From an uncultured Methanosarcinales archaeon (lineage in GTDB: Archaea; Nanobdellota; Nanobdellia; Woesearchaeales; JABMPP01), in contig CAZSAD010000004.1 in NCBI GenBank assembly GCA_964604995.1, forward strand, positions 1,800 through 65,799: 64,000 bases of DNA, in the 5' to 3' direction. A program made the position numbers and the translations under genes. How positions within the stretch are numbered: the first letter of the stretch is position 1; each line of letters opens with the position of its first letter. A model generated the notes under the pieces. That model was not told the DNA's origin, did no database searches, and was given only the letters and a program-made list of their open reading frames with translations. Below, one piece after another: positions 9,720-19,360 of the stretch.

Positions 9720-10922
9720 TTAAATCAAACTATAATAATCTTCAAGAACTATTTTATCTAATTCTTCTAAGTTTTTAACAATATAAAATCTTCCTTCACC
9801 AACTTCAACAAGTTTTTTTGCAAATTTTTCTCCAGGATCATCTAAATTTATTCCAATTAAAGAAAGCGTAATATTTGCATTTTTGGCAGCTGACACTGCT
9901 TCAATTGTTTGCTCTTCAGGTTTATCACCAAATGTTGGGAGAGCATCAGTTAAAAGTATTAAATGCTTTGTAACATTACCTTTTGGAAACATATCTATAC
10001 TTTGCCAGATAGTATCAGCAATATTTGTTTGCATGCTTGCTCTAACTCTAGTTATTGCATTCAAAAGCTGTCCAAAATTATGCGTTGGAAGTATTCTTTC
10101 TTTTACATCTGAGCCGAAAACAAGTAATCCAACTTCATCTTTTTCATTTATTGCTTTGTAAGCTAGTGCAATTCCTGCTTTTTTACAAATTTCAATTTTT
10201 CTTCCACGCATACTCCCAGATGCATCAAGTGCGTAAACAAGTGATAACTTTCCACGGCTTTTTCTATCTGAAACCATTAAATCTTCTTCAGTTAAAGAAA
10301 GATGTTTATGTCTAATTGCACTTCTTACTGTTTTCTTAAGTGAAATATCTTTGTACCTATCTCCTTTTTTGTATGACCTTGAATCAGATTTATCACCGTA
10401 AACAAATGTTTTCTTGTGAATTTTTTCACCAAAACTTCCCCTAGGTATTATATTATCTAACTCTTCCATGTAAAGAACTAAAGCAGCTAAATCATATCCT
10501 CTATCAGTAATAGTTCCGCTAGAATCTAAAATTCCATCTTTTTTTAGTTTATCTAATTTATCAACAATTTTATCTTTCAGCTCTTTTTTGAATTCAGGAA
10601 TCTGAATATTTTTTTTAATATAGTTTGCATCATATCCGCTAACTCTTCTAAGCATAGTTTCGCCAAAGATATTTTTAGCTAATGCAAAATTCTTAACCAT
10701 TTGTTCCATCATCATTTCAGGATTGAATGTAGAAACATTTTGATTTACTGCATCAGAAACAAGTTTTCCTTCATCTACTTCTTCATCAGTTGGATCAGTT
10801 AAAGAATTTAATTTGTCGCCATCTGCTTGGTTGGTAACTTCATGGTTTGCATCATTAAAATCTGTTTGATCAGAGGTCTCGACGAAATCGTCAAAGACCA
10901 TCACCGCTGTCGCTTGAGGCAT
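9720..10922 (-). CDS. VWA domain protein with acidic disordered N-terminal half
   Basis: MIDAS motif LVYALDASGSM. VWA beta-alpha pattern in the C-terminal 200 aa. Overlaps the upstream MoxR gene by 32 nt. Confidence 0.65.
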   Translation of the reverse strand: MPQATAVMVFDDFVETSDQTDFNDANHEVTNQADGDKLNSLTDPTDEEVDEGKLVSDAVNQNVSTFNPEMMMEQMVKNFALAKNIFGETMLRRVSGYDANYIKKNIQIPEFKKELKDKIVDKLDKLKKDGILDSSGTITDRGYDLAALVLYMEELDNIIPRGSFGEKIHKKTFVYGDKSDSRSYKKGDRYKDISLKKTVRSAIRHKHLSLTEEDLMVSDRKSRGKLSLVYALDASGSMRGRKIEICKKAGIALAYKAINEKDEVGLLVFGSDVKERILPTHNFGQLLNAITRVRASMQTNIADTIWQSIDMFPKGNVTKHLILLTDALPTFGDKPEEQTIEAVSAAKNANITLSLIGINLDDPGEKFAKKLVEVGEGRFYIVKNLEELDKIVLEDYYSLI

Positions 10923-11907
10923 CGAAATGCGTTGAAAATTTCTTGAATTCTTCTTTCGCGAATTCTTCTTGGCTCTTCAAATATTTTACTGAAGGCTTTA
11001 ATGTAATCCTATGGCTCACAACAGAGATAACCGCCTCTTCTATGTCCTCAAGTGTGACTGCTTTTCTTTTTGATAAGAATGCATTTGCTTGTGCTCTTTC
11101 ATATAAACCCAAAGTTGCTCTAACGCTTGGTTTTTGTTCCAAGTCCTTATTTTCCCTCAAGTTTCTAACAAAACTAACACAATGATCCAATAGATTATTA
11201 GAAAATTTAACATCCAGTTTACTTCCTTTAAGAAGCATAATTTCTTTTTCTATTGCAGAACTTTCTGGATAATTCATATGAACAATATCAAATCGATCAA
11301 CAAAAACTTCTGATAATTTTTCAGTTGATGTATCTTCAGGATTCATTGTTCCAATAAAAATAAAGTTAGTTGGAAAATCGACTTCATAACTTCCTAAAGT
11401 TGCTTTGCCTTCGCTTAGTACTTGAAGCAATGAATTTTGTAATTTTTCAGGACATCTATTTACTTCATCAAAAAATAAAACTCCTTCATTTGCCTTAAAA
11501 ATTTTACCAGGAGTGAATGCTTCAATACTCATTGGACCAAATTTCAAAGCTTTAACTGGATCAATATCACCAAGAAGATCTTCAACAGTTAAATCTGGTG
11601 AACCTTGTATTCTAATAAATCTCTCTTCACCTTTTAATTTTTTAAGTTTTGAAGTTTTATCAAAAGCATCTTTAATCTCTGTTTCTGGAAGCAATTTTGA
11701 AACATTTTTAGCAAGTGTTGTCTTTCCAACACCTGGTGGACCAACGATAATTACGTGCCTTCCCATAAGCAATGCTGATTTAAGCTGCTTTTTTACAGAC
11801 TCTTGGCCCATAACATCTAAAAAACAGTCTTGCTTCTGTAGAAAAGAAGTTTTTAATTGTTCTCTAAGATTTGCTGGCATTTTAGACATAAGAAAATTGT
11901 GTATCAT
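10891..11907 (-). CDS. MoxR-like AAA+ ATPase
   Basis: Walker A HVIIVGPPGVGKTT. Walker B LFFDEVNR. MoxR-like length. Directly upstream of the VWA partner. Confidence 0.7.
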   Translation of the reverse strand: MIHNFLMSKMPANLREQLKTSFLQKQDCFLDVMGQESVKKQLKSALLMGRHVIIVGPPGVGKTTLAKNVSKLLPETEIKDAFDKTSKLKKLKGEERFIRIQGSPDLTVEDLLGDIDPVKALKFGPMSIEAFTPGKIFKANEGVLFFDEVNRCPEKLQNSLLQVLSEGKATLGSYEVDFPTNFIFIGTMNPEDTSTEKLSEVFVDRFDIVHMNYPESSAIEKEIMLLKGSKLDVKFSNNLLDHCVSFVRNLRENKDLEQKPSVRATLGLYERAQANAFLSKRKAVTLEDIEEAVISVVSHRITLKPSVKYLKSQEEFAKEEFKKFSTHFDASSDSGDGL

Positions 11908-11986
11908 TTATAAATATATGTAACTGAGATTGAAAAATGAGGGTTATCTCAATTAAACTTATCAATTTATTTAAAAAAAACACAAT

Positions 11987-13102
11987 TCATTTTAAAAAAA
12001 CAATATTCTCGCTTCTTGTGACATTGGCTAAAAATGCACTCCCGAGCAATGCTTCGACATCAGCACTTTTTTTCTTTTTAGTTTTCACTAATTGTTCTGA
12101 AGAATAATCAGTAATTGCTTTAGCAAATATTTTACCATTGCATTTTATATTTACAACTTCATTTGCTTCGAAATTGTTTTCAATTTCATGAACTCCTGCT
12201 GGCAAAAGATTTTTTCCAGATTCCATTGCTTTTTTAGCTCCTTCGTCTACAATAATAGCGCCTGATGCTTTTGCTTGCATTATCCAATTTTTCTTTCCTT
12301 GCATTTTCCCAAGTGGTACAAAAAGTGTCCCAATTTCTTCATTGTTTACAACTTTGTGCAGTATATTAGGAGTTTTTCCATGACAAATCACAACAAATAC
12401 ACCAGAACTCATACATACTCTTATTGCATCAATTTTTCCTTTCATTCCACCAACTGCAAAATTACTGCCGGTTTTGCTTGCTGCAGCATTTTCAATTTCA
12501 ACAGTTAAATCTTTAACTTCAGGTATTAGTTTTGCATCTGAAAAAAGTTTAGGATTTTTAGTGTATAAACCTTCAATGTCTGATAAAATTATGTAAAGAT
12601 CTGCTTCAAGTTTTGTTGCCACAAGCGCTCCAAGTTTATCATTATTTCCAAATGTTGTATCAAAATCAGCTATACTAATTGGATCATTTTCATTTACTAT
12701 TGGAACAACTTTTGTTTCAAGTAATGCATTTAATGTGTCTTTTAAATTCAAATATCTTTCCCTATCAGAAAAATCATCAAATGTAAAAAGTATTTGTGAA
12801 ACTTTGATATTATTTTTTTCAAATGCTTGTTTGTATTCCCCAATTACGAGCCCTTGACCTACTGCAGCACATGCTCTTTTAATTTTAGCATCCCGAACTT
12901 TTCCTTTTATTCCAATTTCAATGCATCCAGCGCCAACTGCACCTGATGTTACAACAATAATCTCTTTGCCTAATTTCATAAGATCTACAATTTCATCAGA
13001 GAGTTTTTGAATAAAATCAGAATCTAATCTGCCATCTGATTTGGTTAGTGTCGCAGTTCCAATTTTAATTACAATTTTGTTTGATTTTAAGTTTCTTGCC
13101 AT
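11987..13102 (-). CDS. proB: Glutamate 5-kinase
   Basis: IVIKIGTATLT and VTSGAVGAG motifs. C-terminal PUA-like segment. 371 aa. Confidence 0.8.
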   Translation of the reverse strand: MARNLKSNKIVIKIGTATLTKSDGRLDSDFIQKLSDEIVDLMKLGKEIIVVTSGAVGAGCIEIGIKGKVRDAKIKRACAAVGQGLVIGEYKQAFEKNNIKVSQILFTFDDFSDRERYLNLKDTLNALLETKVVPIVNENDPISIADFDTTFGNNDKLGALVATKLEADLYIILSDIEGLYTKNPKLFSDAKLIPEVKDLTVEIENAAASKTGSNFAVGGMKGKIDAIRVCMSSGVFVVICHGKTPNILHKVVNNEEIGTLFVPLGKMQGKKNWIMQAKASGAIIVDEGAKKAMESGKNLLPAGVHEIENNFEANEVVNIKCNGKIFAKAITDYSSEQLVKTKKKKSADVEALLGSAFLANVTRSENIVFLK

Positions 13103-13132
13103 TTTTGTTTATATTTTCTGTTTATGGATAGA

Positions 13133-14509
13133 TTACCATTTTTTATTTAATTTTTTGTGTGTATATTTTTTAGCATTTTTACCAACATAATCTTTCACTA
13201 AATTGCCTTCACCTTTCAAAATATATTTGTAAATTGTAAGTCCCTCTAAACCAACTGGACCTCTTGTATGTATTTTGCTCGTACTAATCCCAACTTCAGC
13301 ACCCTTTCCATATCTAAATCCATCTGCAAATCTTGTACTACAATTCCACATAGCTGATGCTGTATCAACTAATTCCAAGAAATTTCTTGCAGTTTTATCA
13401 TTTTCAGTAATTATTGCATCAGTATGTTTACTACCATAATTATTGATATGTTTTATTGCTTCATTTTCATCATTTACAATTTTAATTGAGATAATCAAAT
13501 CCCCATATTCGCTTTTCCAGTCTGTTTCATCAGCATTTTTAATCTTAAGATTTGAATCTTTTGCAATTTTTTGACAAGATAAATCGCCACGAATTTCTAC
13601 ACATTCTTTTCCATATTCCAAAATAAGTTTAGGCAGAAATTTCTCTACAATATTTTTGTGGATAAGAAGTGTTTCAACTGTGTTGCAAGCTGAAGGATAT
13701 TGTATTTTAGCATCTAAACAAATTTGCAATGCTTTTTTCAAATCTGCATCTTTATCAACAAATATATGACATATTCCTTCGCTATGCCCCAATACTGGAA
13801 TTTTTGAATTATTTTGGATGTATTTAACAAAAGAATTTGATCCCCTTGGGATTATTAAATCAATATATTTATCCAAATCTAGCATCTGTGAAACTTGCTG
13901 TCTTGTTTCAATTAACTGCACACAACCTTTAGCGTACTTGTCAGTAATATTTGAGATTATTTTTGCAAGTATCCTATTAGTGTTAATTGCTTCGCTGCCA
14001 CCTTTTAGAATAACTGCATTTCCTGATTTAAAACAAAGAGAGCTTATCTGTACAAGTGCATCTGGTCTTGCTTCAAATATTGCGCCAATTACACCAATTG
14101 GACATGTTACTTGATACAATTCAAACCCATTGTCCAATTCAATTGCATTCATTGTTTTACCAACTGGATTTGGTAAGTTTTTAACACCATTAATTTCATT
14201 GATTATTTCATGAATTTTATCATCATCTAAAATTAAACGTTTGATTAATTGTTTACTTAATTTATTTTTTTCAGCAAGTTCTAAATCAATTTTATTTGCA
14301 TCTAAAATTTCATTTTTTTGTAAATTAATTTGTTTAGCAATTTCTTCTAAAGCAGAATTTTTCTTTTCATTAGAAAGTGTTGCAAGTATTATTGCTGCCT
14401 CTTTTGCAAGTTTTGCTTGATTAACTAGAGTGTTAACCACTTGATTTTCAATATCTGTATTTTTTAAGTTATTTTTAGATGGTACTTTCTCAATTATTTT
14501 TTCAACCAT
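13133..14509 (-). CDS. proA: Gamma-glutamyl phosphate reductase
   Basis: CPIGVIGAIFEARPDA and LKGGSEA motifs of the aldehyde-dehydrogenase-like GPR family. Overlaps proC by 8 nt. Confidence 0.8.
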   Translation of the reverse strand: MVEKIIEKVPSKNNLKNTDIENQVVNTLVNQAKLAKEAAIILATLSNEKKNSALEEIAKQINLQKNEILDANKIDLELAEKNKLSKQLIKRLILDDDKIHEIINEINGVKNLPNPVGKTMNAIELDNGFELYQVTCPIGVIGAIFEARPDALVQISSLCFKSGNAVILKGGSEAINTNRILAKIISNITDKYAKGCVQLIETRQQVSQMLDLDKYIDLIIPRGSNSFVKYIQNNSKIPVLGHSEGICHIFVDKDADLKKALQICLDAKIQYPSACNTVETLLIHKNIVEKFLPKLILEYGKECVEIRGDLSCQKIAKDSNLKIKNADETDWKSEYGDLIISIKIVNDENEAIKHINNYGSKHTDAIITENDKTARNFLELVDTASAMWNCSTRFADGFRYGKGAEVGISTSKIHTRGPVGLEGLTIYKYILKGEGNLVKDYVGKNAKKYTHKKLNKKW

Positions 14510-15308
14510 TTTTCCCCATCTCTTTACTTTGGTTTACAGTTGTATCAATTGTATTTTTTACTATTGTTCGAAATTGTTTTGTATCTAATATTTTAAGTCC
14601 TGCTTCAGTTGTTCCGCCAGGAGATGCTACCATTTTTACAAGTTCATTTGGACTCATATTTTTTTCCAAAAGCAATTTCCCGGTGCCAATTGCTGTTTGA
14701 TAACATAATTTTCTAGCCATCTGTTCATCTAAACCTAATTTTTTAGCTTCATTTATTATTTCGTCCATAAATATTGCGAAAAATGCTGGACCTGAACCAC
14801 TAACTGCTGTAACAATATCTATTTTATTTTCTTCAACTTGCATTGCCAATCCTGCCAAATTCAAAATTGCGTGTATTTCTTTTAAATCTTCCAGATTAAC
14901 AAAGGTATTTGAAGAGTAAACTGCTGCCATTTGTGAAACAAGAGCTGGAGTATTTGGCATAACTCTTACAATTTTTGATAGTGGTAAATATTTTTCATAA
15001 AAAGATATTTTAAGTCCTGCTGCAATAGAAACAATTAATTGATTTTTTGTAATTGAAGTTTTAATTTCGTCTAAAAGATTACCCATATCTTGCGGCTTTA
15101 CACAAAGAAAAATAATATCTGCTTTATCAATTGCTATTTTGTTATCAGATGTAATTTGAACAGAATAATTATTTTTTACAAAATCTAAATTTTGCTGGTT
15201 TTTATCAGTTGCAATAATTTTATAGCCATCTAAGTGTTTACTGATACTTGCTATCAAAGCTGTTGCCATCTTGCCTGTTCCTAAAAATGATATTGTTTTC
15301 ATCATCAT
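14502..15308 (-). CDS. proC: Pyrroline-5-carboxylate reductase
   Basis: Rossmann motif ISFLGTGKMA. PNTPALV motif. 268 aa. Confidence 0.75.
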   Translation of the reverse strand: MMMKTISFLGTGKMATALIASISKHLDGYKIIATDKNQQNLDFVKNNYSVQITSDNKIAIDKADIIFLCVKPQDMGNLLDEIKTSITKNQLIVSIAAGLKISFYEKYLPLSKIVRVMPNTPALVSQMAAVYSSNTFVNLEDLKEIHAILNLAGLAMQVEENKIDIVTAVSGSGPAFFAIFMDEIINEAKKLGLDEQMARKLCYQTAIGTGKLLLEKNMSPNELVKMVASPGGTTEAGLKILDTKQFRTIVKNTIDTTVNQSKEMGKNG

Positions 15309-15368
15309 TAAGTAAAGGACTTTACAGGCATTATAAATCTTGCTCCTTTATTTAGGAAATTCCATTAA

Positions 15369-15836
15369 TTAAGAAATAGGCTTCACATTAACTATTTCTA
15401 TTTCTCTTAAATTAGTCCCTACTTTCTTTTTAATTTTATCCCCAGGTTTAAGATGCATTATAGCATTAGCCATTGGAGTAATATAAGAGATCTCGCCAGT
15501 ATCAGGATTAGATTCCCCATACCCCACTATTTTAAAAGTTTTTTCCAAACCATCTATTATCAAATTAACTTCTGCCCCAAAACAAACTTTATCAACACTA
15601 TTAGGATAATTCATAATTACTGCATCACTAATCTCATTGTGTTTACTTTTTAATTCTTTATCATACATCCTAATTTGTTCAGTTAAAGTTTCATAAGTAA
15701 AATTATCGTGCCAAACATCTCCCCCCACTTCACATGCATATTGTATTTGACTTTGTAAGTCAACTAATTTAGCTTCTAGATCATTTATTCTTTTTGAAAA
15801 ATTACTAAATCCTTGTTTTGAAAAATATTTTGTCAT
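15369..15836 (-). CDS. GreA/GreB-family transcript cleavage factor homolog
   Basis: 155 aa. N-terminal coiled coil with an acidic tip (GGDVWHDNFTYE). C-terminal FKBP-like GreA domain (VCFGAEVNL…IVGYGESNP…ISYITPMANAIMHLKPGD). Confidence 0.55.
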   Translation of the reverse strand: MTKYFSKQGFSNFSKRINDLEAKLVDLQSQIQYACEVGGDVWHDNFTYETLTEQIRMYDKELKSKHNEISDAVIMNYPNSVDKVCFGAEVNLIIDGLEKTFKIVGYGESNPDTGEISYITPMANAIMHLKPGDKIKKKVGTNLREIEIVNVKPIS

Positions 15837-15971
15837 TTAATCCTCTGTATTTTTTCATTTATCAAAATTAATATACCCATTTATGTAAATTATGATTTGG
15901 ATTATGAGAGTTTTGACTATCAAAGTTCTAACTATCTGCCTCTTCTTATCAAAAATATATCCAAAAAAGAG

Positions 15972-16967
15972 TTAGTATGTTCCAGTTCTTAGATAATGTC
16001 CCTTTTCCATATTTTGGATATATTGCGTGATATAATTTTTTAAATCACTATCTGATGTACTAGCTTTAATTAGTTCACCACTTAATGTTTGATAAATAGG
16101 ATCTACATATCTAATTTTATGTTTGATATAATATTCATAATTATTTTTATCTTCAATAACTGTCAAATCAAAGTTTAATTTTTTCATATTAAAAACAATT
16201 AATTTCTCTTTTGAATTTTTTAATTTATCAATTAAATATTTATCCGATTTTAGTAAATCTGCTTCAATTATGACTCCTACTTTTATAGCAAATTTTAAAG
16301 TGTCTGCAAGAATTTGACTAGCCAAAAGCTCTTTTGGATTTGATCTATATTTTACATCTGTATCAATAAAAATTTTGGCAAAATTTGTAGCATTTATCAA
16401 ATCTTTAAATACTATTTTTCCGTTTATAATAATTAAACTATCTACAATATTTTTAGTATTTTGAATAAATCCATAAACAGTGGCATCTCTTAAAGTATAA
16501 TCTATCCTATCTGCACATAAATCAGGGATTGGTTGTTCTAAAAGAGAAAAATTATGAGTATTTAAGATATGTTTTGAATTGACATTGTGTTTTTCCAAAA
16601 TATGAGGTATTTCAGAATTAGTGAATAATGATTCAAAAATTGATTCGTGATAACTTTGTTTTGAATCTTGGTGTAAATAGTCAGTAACATGTGAAAAAGC
16701 AGTGTGTGATAAATCATGTAACAAACCTGCAATTTGTTCTTCAAGACTAGCTCCTAGTATTTTTAAAAGTAACATTACACCAACACTATGGTCATATCTG
16801 GAAATATTTCTTCCTTCTACAACAAATTGTGCTGCACCTGCTTGATTTATTCCTTTAAGTCTTTGGATAGATTTACTTTCCATAAGTTCAATGATCACAG
16901 GTTCAGTTATAATAAAATCACCATAAACTTTATCACATACATTTTTTTGATTGATCATCATATTCAC
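15972..16967 (-). CDS. HD-domain dNTP triphosphohydrolase-like (SAMHD1/COG1078 family)
   Basis: VYGDFIITEPVIIELMESKSIQRLKGINQAG…RYDHSVGV…LLHDLSHTAFSH matches the COG1078 HD phosphohydrolase signature. Confidence 0.55.
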   Translation of the reverse strand: MNMMINQKNVCDKVYGDFIITEPVIIELMESKSIQRLKGINQAGAAQFVVEGRNISRYDHSVGVMLLLKILGASLEEQIAGLLHDLSHTAFSHVTDYLHQDSKQSYHESIFESLFTNSEIPHILEKHNVNSKHILNTHNFSLLEQPIPDLCADRIDYTLRDATVYGFIQNTKNIVDSLIIINGKIVFKDLINATNFAKIFIDTDVKYRSNPKELLASQILADTLKFAIKVGVIIEADLLKSDKYLIDKLKNSKEKLIVFNMKKLNFDLTVIEDKNNYEYYIKHKIRYVDPIYQTLSGELIKASTSDSDLKNYITQYIQNMEKGHYLRTGTY

Positions 16968-17566
16968 CTGCTTATCCTTTGATTTATTATTTTTTCAGCT
17001 TTTTCAACTACTTCATCCAAAAAAATATTTGATGTATCAAGTACTACCCAATTGTTATTTGCTGCAACTTTTAAATAGTTTTCAGTAACATTTTTTTGGT
17101 ATTCAAAATCTTCTAAAGCTAATTTATCAGTATATGTGTTATTGCCTTTATTTCTAAAGTTAATTCTTTCTCTTTGCTTATCTGAATTAACATGTAATAA
17201 TATTGTTAAATTTGGCTGAAAAAAATCAGTATCATAAACTCCAACTCTATTCTGTAATTCTTCTGGTAAAATTTTGAGTCTTGATGCATAATCAACTAAA
17301 GTGCTATAATAATACCTCACACATATTATATTATTGTTTTTACTTTCAGATTCTAATTGTTTCGATAAATCTAAATTTGCTGCTAAATAAAACAAATATT
17401 TTCCTTTGAATGGTGTATGTTCACTTACATGGCTTCTTGCTTCTTGGTAAGGACCAACTAAACCATCAATTAATAATGAATTGGCCTTATTAGCAACAAG
17501 CTTTCCAACCTCACTTTTTCCAGATCCATCAGGTCCTTCGAATACAATTACATTCCCATTATTCAT
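16964..17566 (-). CDS. Thymidylate/dNMP kinase-family protein (second tmk paralog)
   Basis: P-loop VFEGPDGSGKS. DRY-like RYYYSTLVDY region. 200 aa. Confidence 0.5.
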   Translation of the reverse strand: MNNGNVIVFEGPDGSGKSEVGKLVANKANSLLIDGLVGPYQEARSHVSEHTPFKGKYLFYLAANLDLSKQLESESKNNNIICVRYYYSTLVDYASRLKILPEELQNRVGVYDTDFFQPNLTILLHVNSDKQRERINFRNKGNNTYTDKLALEDFEYQKNVTENYLKVAANNNWVVLDTSNIFLDEVVEKAEKIINQRISR

Positions 17567-17596
17567 TTGTATTTACCCCATTTTCATTTAAAATTA

Positions 17597-19297
17597 TTAG
17601 CTAATATTTGCTAATTCTTTTGGCTGATTTTTGCAACCATCTCGAAAAACAGTTATTCCTTTTAATCCCAAATCATATGCTTTAAGATAAGTTGCAGCTA
17701 CATCATTTGGATTTGAATAATTAGGTAAATTAACTGTCTTTGAAATTGATTCATCGGTAAATTTTTGAAATGCTGCAACCATATTCAAATGTGATTCAGG
17801 GGATAATTCCAAACATGTTTTGTAGAGGTCTTTGTATATTCCTAAAGACTCAACAGATTGTAAACTACCATTTCTTTCTATGACATCGTAGATTTTATCT
17901 AACTGATTTTCAATACCTAAATTCAATGTAATATTTTTAATCGAATCTTTCAAAGATTCACTAAGAGATAATCTAAAATGAGGCTCAATAGATGCTGATG
18001 CTCCAATAACCATTGAGCTTCTTCCAGTTGGAGGTAAAGCTATAGTTGATACATTTCTAATACCATATTTATCAACTGCTTCGTAAAGGTTTTTCCATTT
18101 AGTCTCTGATACAGTGTTGGTATTTTTTCCCAAATACCGTCCAATAATCAATTCCTTTTTAGTTCGATTGTCAAAAAAAGCAACAAAAGGTTCTCTTTTT
18201 TTAGCTAGATTAATAGATGCTAATTTGGATTGGTAATTAATAAAACTCATGATATCTTCTGCTAATTTTACAGCATCTACTGAATCATAGGGTAAAGAAA
18301 GTGAAGATAAAAGATCGGCAAATCCGCATACCCCCAATCCAATTTTTCTTTTGACTTCGATTAGGTTTTTGCTAGTTTCATTATCAATATTTCTTGCACT
18401 TATATCTAATGCATTATCAAGCATTAAAACTGTATAATTTACAACATCTCTTAAAGAGGTATAATCAATTCCTTCATTTTTTTGAAATTTTGCCAAGTTA
18501 ATATAACTAAATTGACATGTTTCACCATGCGCCATAGAAATTTCCCCACATGGTGCTAATGAAAGAATTTTACCGTGTTGAGGAGTTACATTAAATTCTT
18601 CAAATCTATCTAAAAAAACAAGCCCGGGATCTCCACAACTATGTGCATATTTAATTATTTCATTAAATAATGTAACTGCTTTGAATGTTGTACCATCTTT
18701 TAGTTTGTAATTTCCATTTGAGTTCAATGCTTCCATGAAATCTGATTTTAAATTTATTGAGATATTAAATTTCCAATCAGCATTTCTATATTTTTGTGCT
18801 TTGGTAGCTGCAAATTCCAAAACTTTTGGATGATCTATTGAAATTATACCCATATTTCCAACGGGCCTATCCATTTCTTTTCGTTTAAATTCTTCTGAAG
18901 CATGATTATTAAAAAATAATAATTCCTCAACTGGATTAGCCGAATCATCAAAATTAAATCCTGTTCCCATTCCTTTTTTATGATAATCCCTAACTAATTC
19001 TGCTAATTTTGTTCTATCTAATTTATAATCAAGAGGAGGTACCGAGCATGCAGAAAGTGGTCTATCATCAAATCTGCCTGCATTAGTTAAAATAGGTGTA
19101 CTTGGAACAATAATATCATTTTTGAATAATGTTTCAAGTGTATTGGCAAATTCTTTTATTTGAATGTCATTAGCTCCATATTTACGGCTTTCTTCTGCAA
19201 TAGTTAAATAAACTCGTTTACACATCGAGTCATAAGTTTCTTCTTTTCCAATAATCATATTTTCTTTTAACATTTCTTCAACGTTTTTTGGGGGCAC
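17597..19297 (-). CDS. Class II-like ribonucleotide reductase, short form
   Basis: PSTPILTNAG, APCGEISM (thiyl-radical Cys loop), KTVNLP, VFRDGC. No ATP cone. 566 aa. Confidence 0.65.
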   Translation of the reverse strand: MPPKNVEEMLKENMIIGKEETYDSMCKRVYLTIAEESRKYGANDIQIKEFANTLETLFKNDIIVPSTPILTNAGRFDDRPLSACSVPPLDYKLDRTKLAELVRDYHKKGMGTGFNFDDSANPVEELLFFNNHASEEFKRKEMDRPVGNMGIISIDHPKVLEFAATKAQKYRNADWKFNISINLKSDFMEALNSNGNYKLKDGTTFKAVTLFNEIIKYAHSCGDPGLVFLDRFEEFNVTPQHGKILSLAPCGEISMAHGETCQFSYINLAKFQKNEGIDYTSLRDVVNYTVLMLDNALDISARNIDNETSKNLIEVKRKIGLGVCGFADLLSSLSLPYDSVDAVKLAEDIMSFINYQSKLASINLAKKREPFVAFFDNRTKKELIIGRYLGKNTNTVSETKWKNLYEAVDKYGIRNVSTIALPPTGRSSMVIGASASIEPHFRLSLSESLKDSIKNITLNLGIENQLDKIYDVIERNGSLQSVESLGIYKDLYKTCLELSPESHLNMVAAFQKFTDESISKTVNLPNYSNPNDVAATYLKAYDLGLKGITVFRDGCKNQPKELANIS

Positions 19298-19360
19298 TAA
19301 ATCACCTTTTCATTTTTTTAGAGTTATCACTACATCGAAAACTTTACAGCAACTAGTGAC

